A stretch of 64,000 nt of DNA from Candidatus Beckwithbacteria bacterium (GTDB lineage: Bacteria; Patescibacteriota; Microgenomatia; UBA1400; CG1-02-47-37). Below the pieces are notes generated by a model. The model worked only from the letters and a program-made list of their open reading frames with translations, did no database searches and was not told where the DNA came from. Of the stretch, positions 48,493-57,352 are shown one piece after another; the stretch's first letter is position 1; every line of letters starts with the position of its first letter. Location: the NCBI GenBank assembly GCA_043803225.1, contig JAZDKF010000027.1, positions 22,406 to 86,405 of the forward strand, in the 5' to 3' direction. The position numbers and the translations under genes were made by a program.

Positions 48493-50822
48493 TGGATAAA
48501 GTAACCATATTAATTGAACAAGCCAAGTATTTACTCTTAATTGCTTTTCTCTTAGGAATAGGCATGGTGATGTTGGCGGGTTTAGGTTATGTGGTGATCC
48601 ACTGGCTGAAGTTTAAGGATCGGGAGAAAAGATCTTTGGAGTTTGTCGTCTTGCAAATAGCCGTACCCAGAGATAATGAAGTGAAAATTGACGGTGCCGA
48701 GCAAATGTTTGCCTCGCTTTTCAGCGTGAAGAAAGGCGGCGGCCTGTTTAAATTTTTAAAGCCCCAGGATCATTTAAGCTTTGAGATTGTGGCTAAAAAA
48801 GAAGATATCAGGTTTTATGTATCGATTCCTAATAAATTGAAAGATTTGGTAGAAAAACAAATTCACGGAACTTACCCGGGTGCAGATGTCAGAGAAGTGG
48901 ACGAGTACAATATTTATGCCGACCACGGCAAGGTGGCGTTTGCGGCGATGAAACTAGGCAGCGCCTCGCATTTTCCGATTCAGATTTACAAGGATTTGCC
49001 GACGGATCCGTTAAGCTCAATTACTTCCGGACTGGCGAAAATGGGGGAAAACGAAGGGGCGGTAATGCAGGTGTTGATTTCGCCGGCGGATAACAAATGG
49101 CAGAAGTCCGGCCGGTCGTATATTGCCAAAACGAAAAAAGCCGAGGCAGATCCGGAGACGGCTAAATACACAGTGGACCCGAAAACTTATGAAGAAATTG
49201 AGAATAAGTGTTCAAAGCCGGGGTTTGAAACCACGATCAGAATGGTGGTGTCGTCCACGACCAAAGAATCAGCCGAGGCGCATTTGTCCAACCTGACTTC
49301 GGCTTTTTCCCAGTTTAATTCTGACCATAACAGTTTTACCAAGATGAAGATCAGGCTGAAAAAACTATTTATGATTGATTTTATTTACCGGTATCAGCCG
49401 CTGTTCGGATCAAAAAGCATTTTGTCGACCGAAGAATTGGCAACGATTTATCACTTTCCCAATAAGAGTATTGAGACGCCGCATATTTATTGGTTGAATG
49501 CCAAACGGGCGCCGGCGCCGGCTTTGATTCCGAAAGAAGGTTTATTTTTAGGCAAGAGCGTTTACCGGGGAGTGACCCGGCCGGTATATATTAGCGAGGA
49601 CGACCGGTTGAGGCACACCTATATTATTGGGAAGACCGGGGTGGGAAAGTCGGAGCTTTTAATTGAGATGATTATGCAGGATATCCGGGCCGGCAAGGGA
49701 GTGTGTTTTATTGACCCGCATGACACAGTCGAAAAGATTTTGGAAATGATTCCGCCGGAACGGGCAGAGGACGTAATTTACTTTAATCCTTCAGATACAG
49801 AAAGACCGCTGGGGCTTAATATGCTGGAGGCAAGAACTGAAGAAGAAAAACACTTTGTGACGACTTCAATCGTGGGTTTGATGTACAAGCTTTATGATCC
49901 GCACAAAACCGGAATTATCGGGCCGCGGTTTGAACACGCGATCAGAAATGCAATGCTGACAGTGATGAGCGAGCCGGGGAATACGTTTGTGGAAGTGGTC
50001 CGGGTGTTAACCGATGCCAAGTATGTGCAGGAGCTGCTGCCGAAAGTGACTGATCCGATGGTCAGACGATACTGGACTGACCAGATTGCCCAGACTTCGG
50101 ACTTCCATAAATCAGAAGTGTTGGACTACATTGTTTCCAAGTTCGGCCGGTTTGTGACTAATAAGATGATGAGAAATATAATCGGCCAGTCAGAAAGTGC
50201 GTTTAATTTTAGAAAAGTAATGGATGAGGGGAAGATTTTACTGATTAATTTAGCCAAGGGGAGAATTGGGGAAGAGAACAGCCAATTTTTAGGCCTGATT
50301 TTAGTGCCGAAGATTTTGATCGGGGCGATGAGCCGGCAGGATATTCCGGAAGAGCAGAGAAAGCCGTTTTATTTATATGTAGACGAGTTTCAGAATTTTG
50401 CCACGCCGGATTTTGCTCAGATTTTATCCGAGGCGAGAAAGTTTGGTTTGGCGTTGACAGTAGCGAATCAGTTTATCGGCCAAATGGAGGAGGAAGTCAA
50501 GAACGCGATTTTTGGCAACGTGGGAACTTTAATCTCCTTTCGGGTCGGAGTAAATGATGCTAATTATCTGCAGCATGAGTATCAACCGGTGTTTTCCGAA
50601 ACAGATTTGATTAATATTGAACGGTTTAATGCCTACATTAAAACTTTGGTTCATAATGAGCCGGCGCAGCCGTTTTCTTTGGATCTGACAAAAGATATGA
50701 GCAAGGCAAAAGAGGAGAGAAGCCTGAAGATGGCAGAGATGGTGAAACAGCTGTCCAGGTTAAAGTATGCCCGGGACTTGCGGGTGATTGAGGCGGAAAT
50801 TAGCCAGCGGTCGAAGTTGTAA
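48492..50822 (+). CDS. VirB4/TraG/HerA-superfamily membrane-anchored ATPase
   Basis: N-terminal TM; GKTGVGKS, IDPH, YVDEFQNF, SEARK, ANQ. Confidence 0.88.
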   Translation: MDKVTILIEQAKYLLLIAFLLGIGMVMLAGLGYVVIHWLKFKDREKRSLEFVVLQIAVPRDNEVKIDGAEQMFASLFSVKKGGGLFKFLKPQDHLSFEIVAKKEDIRFYVSIPNKLKDLVEKQIHGTYPGADVREVDEYNIYADHGKVAFAAMKLGSASHFPIQIYKDLPTDPLSSITSGLAKMGENEGAVMQVLISPADNKWQKSGRSYIAKTKKAEADPETAKYTVDPKTYEEIENKCSKPGFETTIRMVVSSTTKESAEAHLSNLTSAFSQFNSDHNSFTKMKIRLKKLFMIDFIYRYQPLFGSKSILSTEELATIYHFPNKSIETPHIYWLNAKRAPAPALIPKEGLFLGKSVYRGVTRPVYISEDDRLRHTYIIGKTGVGKSELLIEMIMQDIRAGKGVCFIDPHDTVEKILEMIPPERAEDVIYFNPSDTERPLGLNMLEARTEEEKHFVTTSIVGLMYKLYDPHKTGIIGPRFEHAIRNAMLTVMSEPGNTFVEVVRVLTDAKYVQELLPKVTDPMVRRYWTDQIAQTSDFHKSEVLDYIVSKFGRFVTNKMMRNIIGQSESAFNFRKVMDEGKILLINLAKGRIGEENSQFLGLILVPKILIGAMSRQDIPEEQRKPFYLYVDEFQNFATPDFAQILSEARKFGLALTVANQFIGQMEEEVKNAIFGNVGTLISFRVGVNDANYLQHEYQPVFSETDLINIERFNAYIKTLVHNEPAQPFSLDLTKDMSKAKEERSLKMAEMVKQLSRLKYARDLRVIEAEISQRSKL

Positions 50823-50862
50823 AGAGTTGATTTTCTTCTGGATTATCCTATAATGTCCGAAT

Positions 50863-51852
50863 ATGAATTTGGAAAATGAGGTGCTACTGCCGCAGCCTGA
50901 AGTAATTAAACAAGAAAGAGCCGAACAGTTGGTAATAGGTGGAGAGTTTTGTGGAGTTAGTGAGGTAAATAAACTACTGGGAAAATTGGGTTTTACGACT
51001 GTTTCAGCGGGTAAGTTACTCAACATTTTTGATAGTGATGAGTTGGTTCAATCAGTGATAAGATATCCGAGAAATGAGTTTGTTCAATTGGGGAGAACAA
51101 TTATTGTTAGAGTAGATATAGCCCCTAGCGTATTAAAAAATGAACTGACATTAAGACTTAAGCAAATGAATAAAAATTCTGAAAAATTAACGGTTGTCCG
51201 AGATGAAATATTGGGTAATGGCGGTCAGTTTATGGCAGAGTCAGGTTTGATTATTGGCCCGGAGATATATTTTGATGAACGGGTAAATAAAGTTTTAGAT
51301 ACAACCGATTGCCATGATTGGAAAAGAGTGGCTTTGCCTACTCCTTCGATGAATGATTATTATTCTTGGTTGAATAGCCAAAGATCAAAGAAATACTTTC
51401 AAGAGTTAGGGGAAAAGTTGTCGGAAACGGAAGTAACTTATTTAAAAAATTATTATAATCAGAAATCATTAGGAAAATATCCGGATTTGGACCTTTTTGC
51501 CAATATTGGTACAGATAATCAGGTTCGGCCGAGGGTTTTATTAGACGATCTTTATGCGGAGATTTATCCTGTGGCAGAAGAAAGGGTAACTAGCCACAAT
51601 GTGACAGTTCATCGGATAAGTGCTTGGGAAGCCAATCGTTTTCTAGCTGATAACTTTTTGTCTTTGGGGAGGTCAGCGGCTGGCAGAGTGGTTTTTGTCA
51701 GTGAAGGCAGCACCGAGACGCAGCAATTATTAAGAGAAGAATTAAATTATAAAGAAATTGTTGGAGGGCAGCTTGATTTAGTAGTAGACAGACAACATGG
51801 GGCGGGATGGCACTGCCGGTTTAATGTGATTGACCTAAGCGTGTTTAAATAA
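50863..51852 (+). CDS. Hypothetical protein, possible divergent amidinotransferase/pentein fold
   Basis: YPRN, GNGGQ, DLD, GAGWHC in pentein order. Confidence 0.5.
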   Translation: MNLENEVLLPQPEVIKQERAEQLVIGGEFCGVSEVNKLLGKLGFTTVSAGKLLNIFDSDELVQSVIRYPRNEFVQLGRTIIVRVDIAPSVLKNELTLRLKQMNKNSEKLTVVRDEILGNGGQFMAESGLIIGPEIYFDERVNKVLDTTDCHDWKRVALPTPSMNDYYSWLNSQRSKKYFQELGEKLSETEVTYLKNYYNQKSLGKYPDLDLFANIGTDNQVRPRVLLDDLYAEIYPVAEERVTSHNVTVHRISAWEANRFLADNFLSLGRSAAGRVVFVSEGSTETQQLLREELNYKEIVGGQLDLVVDRQHGAGWHCRFNVIDLSVFK

Positions 51853-51870
51853 TGGTAAAATACAGTTTAC

Positions 51871-51944
51871 AGGCCGGTAGCTCAGTTGGTTAGAGCGTCA
51901 AGCTTATACCTTGAATGTCGGAGGTCCGACTCCTCCCCGGCCTA
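51871..51944 (+). tRNA. tRNA-Ile(UAU)
   Basis: Acceptor aggccgg/ccggcct; anticodon arm tcaag-ctTATac-cttga; T arm ggagg-tccgact-cctcc. Confidence 0.9.
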
Positions 51945-51975
51945 CTCGTTTAATAATTTTCCTGCCCAAAAATTT

Positions 51976-52926
51976 ATGACGCAGGAATATTTAGCAAATT
52001 TAGGGGTGAATTGCGAAGGCAAGCCAATTACGCCTTGGGTAGAGCGGAATTTAATCTTTGGTTTGGGGCTACCGGAACCGGACAATGAATTAGTATTACT
52101 TCCCGAAGACAGGTTTAAAATCGATTGGCCTGGAAGGGAAATTAGCAATAGTGGCGCTTTTTCGAAGATTATTCTAGGCTTTGACTGCAAATTGAATCGG
52201 GAAGTGGCCATTAAAGTCCAAGTCATGAAGGACGAGGTTAAGGTTGCGCCAGAAATAATGATTCAGGATTTTGCCAGGGAGGCGAGGTTGATGATGATAC
52301 TTGATCATCCGAACATTCCGGAAGCATTCGGTTTAAGCGTGATTAAAGACAGGGGTGAATTTATCCCGGCAATCGTTATGGAGAGGGCTGATGGCGATCT
52401 TGAGGGCCAGCGATGGCTTGATCCAAAAAAAGTCAGTGAAATGGTTATGACTATTGGTGGAGTTGTAGACTATGCCAGAAGTAGAGGGGTGGTTCATTCA
52501 GATATTCGTCCGGCAAACATCCTGATTAAGGGAGACAAGTTTTTCTTAGGTGATTGGGGAGCGGCAGTAGATTTTAAAGGTAGAGATGAATTAATAGGTT
52601 TTTATACTTATGCGGCTCCGGAATTATTGCGATTAGCTAAATTACATCGATGGATTTATCCCGGGGAGATTCTAGCAGTTGACCAGCATGCTTTAGCGGC
52701 GACAGCCTATGATATACTGACTCTTTTTACCTCAACTTATATTTGGACAGAAGCTGGCGAAAATAGAGATGATCATCAGGATGAGGATGTTGTTTTAAGC
52801 CCACATAAGAAGATAAATGAAGAGGTTTATCAGGTTTTAGCAAGGGCGACAAGTTTTAAGCCAGAGGATAGGTTTAGCAGTTGTATAGAATTCGGTTTGG
52901 CGTTAAACGAAGCGATTAGGGCTTAA
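51976..52926 (+). CDS. Hanks-type Ser/Thr protein kinase, soluble
   Basis: GAFS, VAIK, HSDIRPAN, DWG, APE; start moved past the tRNA. Confidence 0.85.
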   Translation: MTQEYLANLGVNCEGKPITPWVERNLIFGLGLPEPDNELVLLPEDRFKIDWPGREISNSGAFSKIILGFDCKLNREVAIKVQVMKDEVKVAPEIMIQDFAREARLMMILDHPNIPEAFGLSVIKDRGEFIPAIVMERADGDLEGQRWLDPKKVSEMVMTIGGVVDYARSRGVVHSDIRPANILIKGDKFFLGDWGAAVDFKGRDELIGFYTYAAPELLRLAKLHRWIYPGEILAVDQHALAATAYDILTLFTSTYIWTEAGENRDDHQDEDVVLSPHKKINEEVYQVLARATSFKPEDRFSSCIEFGLALNEAIRA

Positions 52927-53786
52927 AGTTCTTCCAGGGTGGTGGGGGCGGAGTCGGGTTTTTTAACGACCAATAAATATTTTTCCGTGGTAGAGAGGCG
53001 TTTGTGACCGACCAGTTTAGAGATTAAAGTTAAAGGCGTACCGGATTCGAGCTGGTGGGCGATAAAGGTATGGCGCAGATCATTGACTTTGGCATTTTTA
53101 ATATCAGCCAGTTTAAAGTAGCGGTCGATAGCAGTGCGGATATTCCGGATTAAAAACGGTTTACCGGTTTTAGTGATGAAGACTTGGTTGGTCCGGCTTT
53201 TGGGCCGGCTTTTTAAATAAGTGGTTAAGGCGACCTGAGCGGCTTTGTTTAAAGGGACTTCGCGCTGGGAGTGGGATTCGTAGGGTTTGATGTTGATTTT
53301 ATCGGTGTCGATATCATTTAAAGTTAAGTTAGCCAGTTCGCCGATGCGGATGCCGGTTTGCAGCAGCAGTTCCACAATAGCACAGAGACGGATATCTTCC
53401 CGGCAGACGTCGCGTAAACTGCGGTATTCCATTTTAGTTAAGATCCGAGGCGGCTTAACGTCGTATTTGGGGTGAGTGATATCAACGGCCGGGTTAGTTT
53501 GAATCAGGCCTTGACTGATAAGAAAACGGCAGAAAGTTTTAATGGAATTGAGCTTTCGGGAAACTGATTTGGCAGTGTAGTTGGTTTGGCTTAAGTGAGT
53601 TTTAAAATTTTCAATCTGCTCCGGAGTTAAATTTTGAGGAGAGGTAATTTTATCTTTGGCAATAAAATCAAAAAGTTGGGAGACGTCTTTAGAATATGCT
53701 AGGATGGTAGAAATAGAACGGCCTTTTTTCTTAAGGTCAGCCACAAAGGTTTTATGAGCAGCAGTCAGGGTTACATTATCAATCAT
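52923..53786 (-). CDS. XerC/D-like tyrosine recombinase
   Basis: SAM-like N-domain; TGIRIGE, NDLRHTF, GH..LSTTEKY; start MIDN. Confidence 0.88.
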   Translation of the reverse strand: MIDNVTLTAAHKTFVADLKKKGRSISTILAYSKDVSQLFDFIAKDKITSPQNLTPEQIENFKTHLSQTNYTAKSVSRKLNSIKTFCRFLISQGLIQTNPAVDITHPKYDVKPPRILTKMEYRSLRDVCREDIRLCAIVELLLQTGIRIGELANLTLNDIDTDKINIKPYESHSQREVPLNKAAQVALTTYLKSRPKSRTNQVFITKTGKPFLIRNIRTAIDRYFKLADIKNAKVNDLRHTFIAHQLESGTPLTLISKLVGHKRLSTTEKYLLVVKKPDSAPTTLEEL

Positions 53787-53829
53787 ATCATGAGGTAAAA
53801 GTGTCTTATAATAACAATTAGGGGGATAG

Positions 53830-54198
53830 ATGTCAACGAGTAAAAAACGATTATTAGCGTATACCGTATTGGTTTTGAGTATATTAATGTCAATTAAGCT
53901 GGTTAAAGACATTGTTAAATTAAAGTCGGCTGACACCAGATTAACTGAGGCAGAAACAGAGTTTCAAGCAGCACAACAGGAACAGGCAGAATTGAAACAG
54001 CAGCTAATTGAGATTGAAGATAAAAGTTGGTGGGAAAAGCAAGTGAGAAATATTTTAAAAATGGCCAAACCGGAAGAGATTATTGTAGTAGTTCCGGACG
54101 AAGTGAAGAATAGCCGGGAGAGTCCAACAGAAGCTCAAAGTGAGGCAGTAACGGAGTTGCCAAATTGGCAGCAGTGGTGGCAGGTGGTAGTTGACTAG
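53830..54198 (+). CDS. Septum formation initiator (FtsB/DivIC-like)
   Basis: TM helix + coiled coil + EKQVRNILKMAKPEE. Confidence 0.75.
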   Translation: MSTSKKRLLAYTVLVLSILMSIKLVKDIVKLKSADTRLTEAETEFQAAQQEQAELKQQLIEIEDKSWWEKQVRNILKMAKPEEIIVVVPDEVKNSRESPTEAQSEAVTELPNWQQWWQVVVD

Positions 54199-54216
54199 AT
54201 GGTATAATAGTTTGAT

Positions 54217-54921
54217 ATGGGGTTATTTGATAAGTTAATTTTTAAGCAGGTAAAACGTAGGGAAATGGTGTTGAAAGTAGTGCCAAGCTTTGACAAGGGT
54301 TATAAGAAGTTTAGAATGAAGCCGTTTATTACGATTTCCCGTGAGGCAGGCAGCGGGGGGAAGCCGATAGCGAAGATTGTAGCCAAAAAGCTTAAATATA
54401 ATTTTTACGATAAACAGCTGATTAATTTAATTGCCAGGAAAGCAAACAAGCGGAAAGCCTTAATTGAGTCTTTGGATGAAAAAGAGCGGGGGATGATCGA
54501 AGATATTGTGCATTCGTTTTTTAACCCTGATTATGTAGCCGAAGAAACGTATTTTAAACATCTTTGTCAGATTACCATGACTTTGGCGAGAAAAGGCAAT
54601 TGCGTTATTGTGGGCCGAGGAGCAAATTTTATTACCAGTGATTATGGGGGGCTGCACGTCAGGATTGTGGCGCCGTTTTTAGTCCGGTCCGGCTATACCG
54701 CCCAATATGAAGGTTATTCGATTTATGAAGCCAGGGAAAGAGTGCAACAGCATGATAAGGAGAGAAAAGAGTTTATTAAAAACCATTTCAGCAAAGATCC
54801 GTCAAATGCCAATTATTATGATTTAGTGATCAATACGGCTGATTTGAAACAGGAGACTGTGGTAGAAATTATTATTACGGCCTTTAAAAAGAAGTTCCCT
54901 AACTGGAAAAACTTTAGATAA
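54217..54921 (+). CDS. Cytidylate kinase-like family protein
   Basis: ITISREAGSGG, VIVGRGA, YDLVINT. Confidence 0.85.
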   Translation: MGLFDKLIFKQVKRREMVLKVVPSFDKGYKKFRMKPFITISREAGSGGKPIAKIVAKKLKYNFYDKQLINLIARKANKRKALIESLDEKERGMIEDIVHSFFNPDYVAEETYFKHLCQITMTLARKGNCVIVGRGANFITSDYGGLHVRIVAPFLVRSGYTAQYEGYSIYEARERVQQHDKERKEFIKNHFSKDPSNANYYDLVINTADLKQETVVEIIITAFKKKFPNWKNFR

Positions 54922-54953
54922 ATTGGTAAAATAAGGGTTGTTCTTTGACTTTT

Positions 54954-55026
54954 AGCGGGTGGGAGGTAAGTATCTCGTGAGGCTCATAATCTCACTTAAC
55001 CTAGGAGCGTTACCTAGGACCCGCTA
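54954..55026 (+). tRNA. tRNA with CAU anticodon (Met, initiator-like), atypical D and T loops
   Basis: Acceptor agcgggt/acccgct; tgagg-ctCATaa-tctca; T arm ctagg-agcgtta-cctag. Confidence 0.75.
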
Positions 55027-55032
55027 CAAATT

Positions 55033-55056
55033 CCCCGTCATTATTGGCGGGGTTTT
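55033..55056 (+). terminator. Intrinsic terminator
   Basis: ccccgtca-ttat-tggcgggg + TTTT. Confidence 0.7.
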
Positions 55057-55072
55057 GGTAAAATAGAAGCAT

Positions 55073-55145
55073 GGCAGGGTAGCTCAGTTGGTAGAGCACG
55101 GGATTCATAAACCCGCGGTCGCGAGTTCAATTCTCGCCCCTGCTA
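55073..55145 (+). tRNA. tRNA-Met(CAU), elongator-type
   Basis: ggcaggg/ccctgct; canonical D arm; ttCATaa loop; TTCAA T loop. Confidence 0.9.
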
Positions 55146-55162
55146 CTAAAAAAATAAGTTTG

Positions 55163-55204
55163 TGATATACTTTATTTTATTAAACTGCCCTGTGGCAGTT
55201 TTTT
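55163..55204 (+). promoter_or_regulatory. Extended -10 followed by CTGCC hairpin and T-tract
   Basis: TGaTATACT; aaactgcc-ctgt-ggcagttt + T. Confidence 0.6.
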
Positions 55205-55211
55205 GAAAAAT

Positions 55212-56069
55212 ATGGCAAATACTGAACAAGTTAGAGAATTAAGCCGAAATGCATTTTATAGCAATGCAAAAGCGCAAAAAGAGCTGACTAATTTATTTGG
55301 TCGTGTAGTTGCTAGCAGCGAGATGGATAAGTTTAAGGAGATGGTTTGGTCTTTGCAGGTAGAAATATATAATGGTATTGGTCAAGGGGAGCAATTACAG
55401 CAACTATGCCGCTGGCTGCCCGAGGATCAAAAAGAAGGGTTTAAAGTCATGCTGGCCAAGCTGATTGAACCGGAAAATCTACCAGTGTTTTCGGATAAAC
55501 CATTTAATGAAGTTGATTTACAGGAACAAGAAGCTAGATTGACTGCCGGCCAAATTTTTTCAGCGATTTGCTGGTTGCCAGGAGAAACAGTTGAGTCCAG
55601 GCAAGCGATCACCACTTCAGCGACGAAGTTTACAGAAAGCAATAATCCAGGATTGATGCTGGGAAGAAATAGAGGCGATAATGGTGAAGCTCCAGCGTGG
55701 ACAATAATTATCAATAATCAAACGGATAGGCGGTTAGAAGATTTTTGGAGAGATCGACTTAAAAGAGGATATGAGATAGGGTTTAAAGGTTTGATGTGTT
55801 TGCCTTCACTGGAAGCTAGAGACAGTAATGATTGGGTTTCTCTGCCGATGGATATAGCACCTGGGGTTATGAAAGAATATATCAGAATGTTTGGCGATGT
55901 AGGGGATTTAAACATAAGAAACAGGGTTATTGATAATATATTGACGTATTTTAACGATAAGAAGCCAGGGGAATTTAAAGAGCTGATAGAAAAGGCGGAT
56001 TTTTCAAACTGGTCAGGATGGATTAAAGATGGAGTTAATTATTGGTTAAAGGGTGTGTTGAAAACTTGA
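55212..56069 (+). CDS. Hypothetical protein (orphan)
   Basis: About 285-aa ORF; no motif recognised. Confidence 0.7.
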   Translation: MANTEQVRELSRNAFYSNAKAQKELTNLFGRVVASSEMDKFKEMVWSLQVEIYNGIGQGEQLQQLCRWLPEDQKEGFKVMLAKLIEPENLPVFSDKPFNEVDLQEQEARLTAGQIFSAICWLPGETVESRQAITTSATKFTESNNPGLMLGRNRGDNGEAPAWTIIINNQTDRRLEDFWRDRLKRGYEIGFKGLMCLPSLEARDSNDWVSLPMDIAPGVMKEYIRMFGDVGDLNIRNRVIDNILTYFNDKKPGEFKELIEKADFSNWSGWIKDGVNYWLKGVLKT

Positions 56070-56349
56070 TAAGTTTTTCGTGATTGTCGTTTTTGGAGGC
56101 TTTGTTGCGGGTGATTTTGCCACAAGTTTCGCACTGGTGGAAAATAATATATTTGCCGCTTTTAATTTGTAAGCCAATGGGTTTCATTAAACCAAGACAG
56201 GGGGAATTTCGGTCACCGGGGATGAGTTCGTCAACGTGTTTGGAGTAGAGACAATGGGGGCAGTGGTTGGTATAGCCGTTACCCCAGACCGGCTGGCGGC
56301 AGTGAGCGCAGAAAAAATCTTCGCGGACTTTAATAAAGTGTCTGGGCAT
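56035..56349 (-). CDS. RNHCP domain zinc-binding protein
   Basis: YTNHCPHCLYSKHVD..PGDR; start MPRH. Confidence 0.88.
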   Translation of the reverse strand: MPRHFIKVREDFFCAHCRQPVWGNGYTNHCPHCLYSKHVDELIPGDRNSPCLGLMKPIGLQIKSGKYIIFHQCETCGKITRNKASKNDNHEKLIKFSTHPLTNN

Positions 56350-56353
56350 AAAT

Positions 56354-56563
56354 TTGACTAAGTTAATTTTAGTGCTAAAATACAACAATTGACAATTTAA
56401 ATAAACGCAGTGAACCGGAGGGTTGGAACCGGTGAGCGGACTCTAATCAAGTACGGAGGCAAAACCGTAAAAAGACAGCAGCGAGTGTCGTAAACTAACG
56501 GAGCTCGTCATAAATGAGGTTAAACTCATTGGTTTTGACGATCCGCCGTGGGCGGATTTTTTT
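56354..56563 (+). promoter_or_regulatory. Promoter and T-box-like leader with Trp specifier, ending in an intrinsic terminator
   Basis: TTGACT..TGcTAAAAT; K-turn stem 56406-56438 with TGG in loop; terminator atccgcc/ggcggat + T-tract. Confidence 0.6.
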
Positions 56564-56565
56564 GT

Positions 56566-56638
56566 AGGGATGTAGCTCAGCTGGTAGAGCGTCTGTCTCC
56601 AAAACAGAAGGTCGTAGGTTCGAAACCTACCATCCCTG
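56566..56638 (+). tRNA. tRNA-Trp(CCA)
   Basis: agggatg/catccct; tctgt-ctCCAaa-acaga; TTCGAA T loop. Confidence 0.95.
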
Positions 56639-56641
56639 CCT

Positions 56642-57352
56642 ATGATTAAAACTAATCATCAACCAATTGCGATTTTAGGCGGGATGGGTCCCGATGCTTC
56701 AGCGCGGCTTTATCAGTTGATGATAGAACTAGCTAGAAGCGAGTTTGGCGCGGTTCAAAACCATGACTATCCGGAAATAGTGATTGATTCAGTCCCGGTA
56801 AGAGAGTTTTTTTCTTCTCCTCAAAAAGCAACGGAAGCGATTATTAGCCTGCAAGACAGGATAAAAAAACTTGACGGTTTTCAACCTAGCTGTTTGGCTT
56901 TGGCCTGCAATACGGCTCACACAATTCTGATGGATTTGGCACAGGAAACTAAGACGCCGTTTGTGTCAATTATTGAAGAAGTGGTAAAAGAGACGGTTAA
57001 GAGAGGATATAAAAAAGTAGGATTATTAGCTTCGCCGACAACGATTTTTTCCGGCGTTTACCAGACAGAATTTATAGATAAAGGAGTGGAGTTAGTTTTG
57101 CCGGAAAATGGCTATATCGAACAGCTGGGAGAGATTATCGGCCAAATAGTCGGCGGCGAGTTTAAAAAGCCAAAAGCCAGATTATTAAAAATCGCCAATA
57201 GTTTGAAAAAGAAAAAAGTTGAGGCAATGGTTTTGGGTTGTACTGAGCTGCCGTTAGTTTTTCCCATGAACTATAGTTTGCCAATTATAAATAGTTTGGA
57301 AGTACTAGGAAGAAGTCTATTAACAAGATATTATAAAGGAGAGGATATATGA
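56642..57352 (+). CDS. PLP-independent amino acid racemase (Asp/Glu/RacX family)
   Basis: LGGMGP, ACNTAH, LGCTELP. Confidence 0.92.
   Translation: MIKTNHQPIAILGGMGPDASARLYQLMIELARSEFGAVQNHDYPEIVIDSVPVREFFSSPQKATEAIISLQDRIKKLDGFQPSCLALACNTAHTILMDLAQETKTPFVSIIEEVVKETVKRGYKKVGLLASPTTIFSGVYQTEFIDKGVELVLPENGYIEQLGEIIGQIVGGEFKKPKARLLKIANSLKKKKVEAMVLGCTELPLVFPMNYSLPIINSLEVLGRSLLTRYYKGEDI

Noticed and set aside
51886-51975. N-terminal extension of the kinase ORF
   Set aside because: It overlaps tRNA-Ile; the ATG at 51976 is the plausible start.
53787-53936. N-terminal extension of the recombinase ORF
   Set aside because: It overlaps the divergent FtsB-like gene and has no domain similarity.
47752-55145. 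Integrative conjugative element (VirB4-like ATPase, integrase, tRNAs)
   Set aside because: No relaxase, pilus genes or att duplication seen; housekeeping genes are interspersed.
56410-56493. Short GTG ORF in the tRNA-Trp leader as a leader peptide
   Set aside because: It has no Trp codons in frame and no SD; an RNA-structure explanation fits better.
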